Shown here: in pieces, positions 63,691-64,000 of the stretch
Position numbering within the stretch: position 1 is the first letter of the stretch
Layout: each line of letters starts with the position of its first letter
NCBI RefSeq assembly: GCF_963921235.1
Contig: NC_086112.1
Span: forward strand, 62,992,001 to 63,056,000
Source of the DNA: Mobula hypostoma
Lineage: Eukaryota
Length of the DNA stretch: 64,000 nucleotides
Reading direction: 5' to 3'
Program-made: the position numbers and the translations under genes
The notes under the pieces: model-generated
What the model was told of the DNA's origin: nothing
The model's database searches: none
The model's input: only the letters and a program-made list of their open reading frames with translations

Positions 63691-64000
63691 TTAGTATGTT
63701 TTCAAAATTTTCTGATGAAAGGACTTCGATGTTTCTACTCTCGATATGGGAAGGAGGTGCAAATGTTATTTTACAGTTTAAAATGAATATTTGTTGAACA
63801 TTGTCCTTTCTGAATTTAGGCTGGGTGGATTCATTGTCTACAAGCTATTGCTTCTTTAAGCCAAGTTGGTACCTACCCAGGGTGCAGATCCTTTTGCTTT
63901 CATTAGTCTTTCAAGTTTCTTAGATTTTTTGGAAGAACTTTTGGGAGCAGAAGGGATGCAGAAATGTATACATTGGCTTGATAATCAACTTTTGTAGTGT

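Overview
This is eukaryotic, intron/intergenic-type DNA, and its repeat content (CR1, Rex1/Babar, Neptune-type Penelope, Tc1, hAT, Gypsy) suggests a cartilaginous fish. The only host gene read directly is the 5' end of MLLT3/AF9 on the + strand: coding exon 1 at 57808-57819 and YEATS-domain exon 2 at 58063-58246, in a CpG island with a candidate uORF. A second CpG island near 27 kb may be the divergent promoter and non-coding first exon of FOCAD, the head-to-head neighbour of MLLT3 in human; this is synteny inference only, as no FOCAD coding exon was found. The rest is mostly nested transposable elements. Four things stand out. (i) Three TSD-bounded Penelope-like insertions are head-to-head palindromes with the same asymmetric ends and minimal hammerhead ribozymes. 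(ii) The 3' UTR of a HERO-like RLE retrotransposon holds all three strands of a hammerhead core in a non-canonical, pseudoknot-requiring order. (iii) A 1.7-kb solo LTR carries a 36-bp tandem array with no stop codon in any of six frames. (iv) A three-level Gypsy/Gypsy/CR1 nest has mismatched LTR flanks. Coordinates of old, degenerate repeats are approximate.
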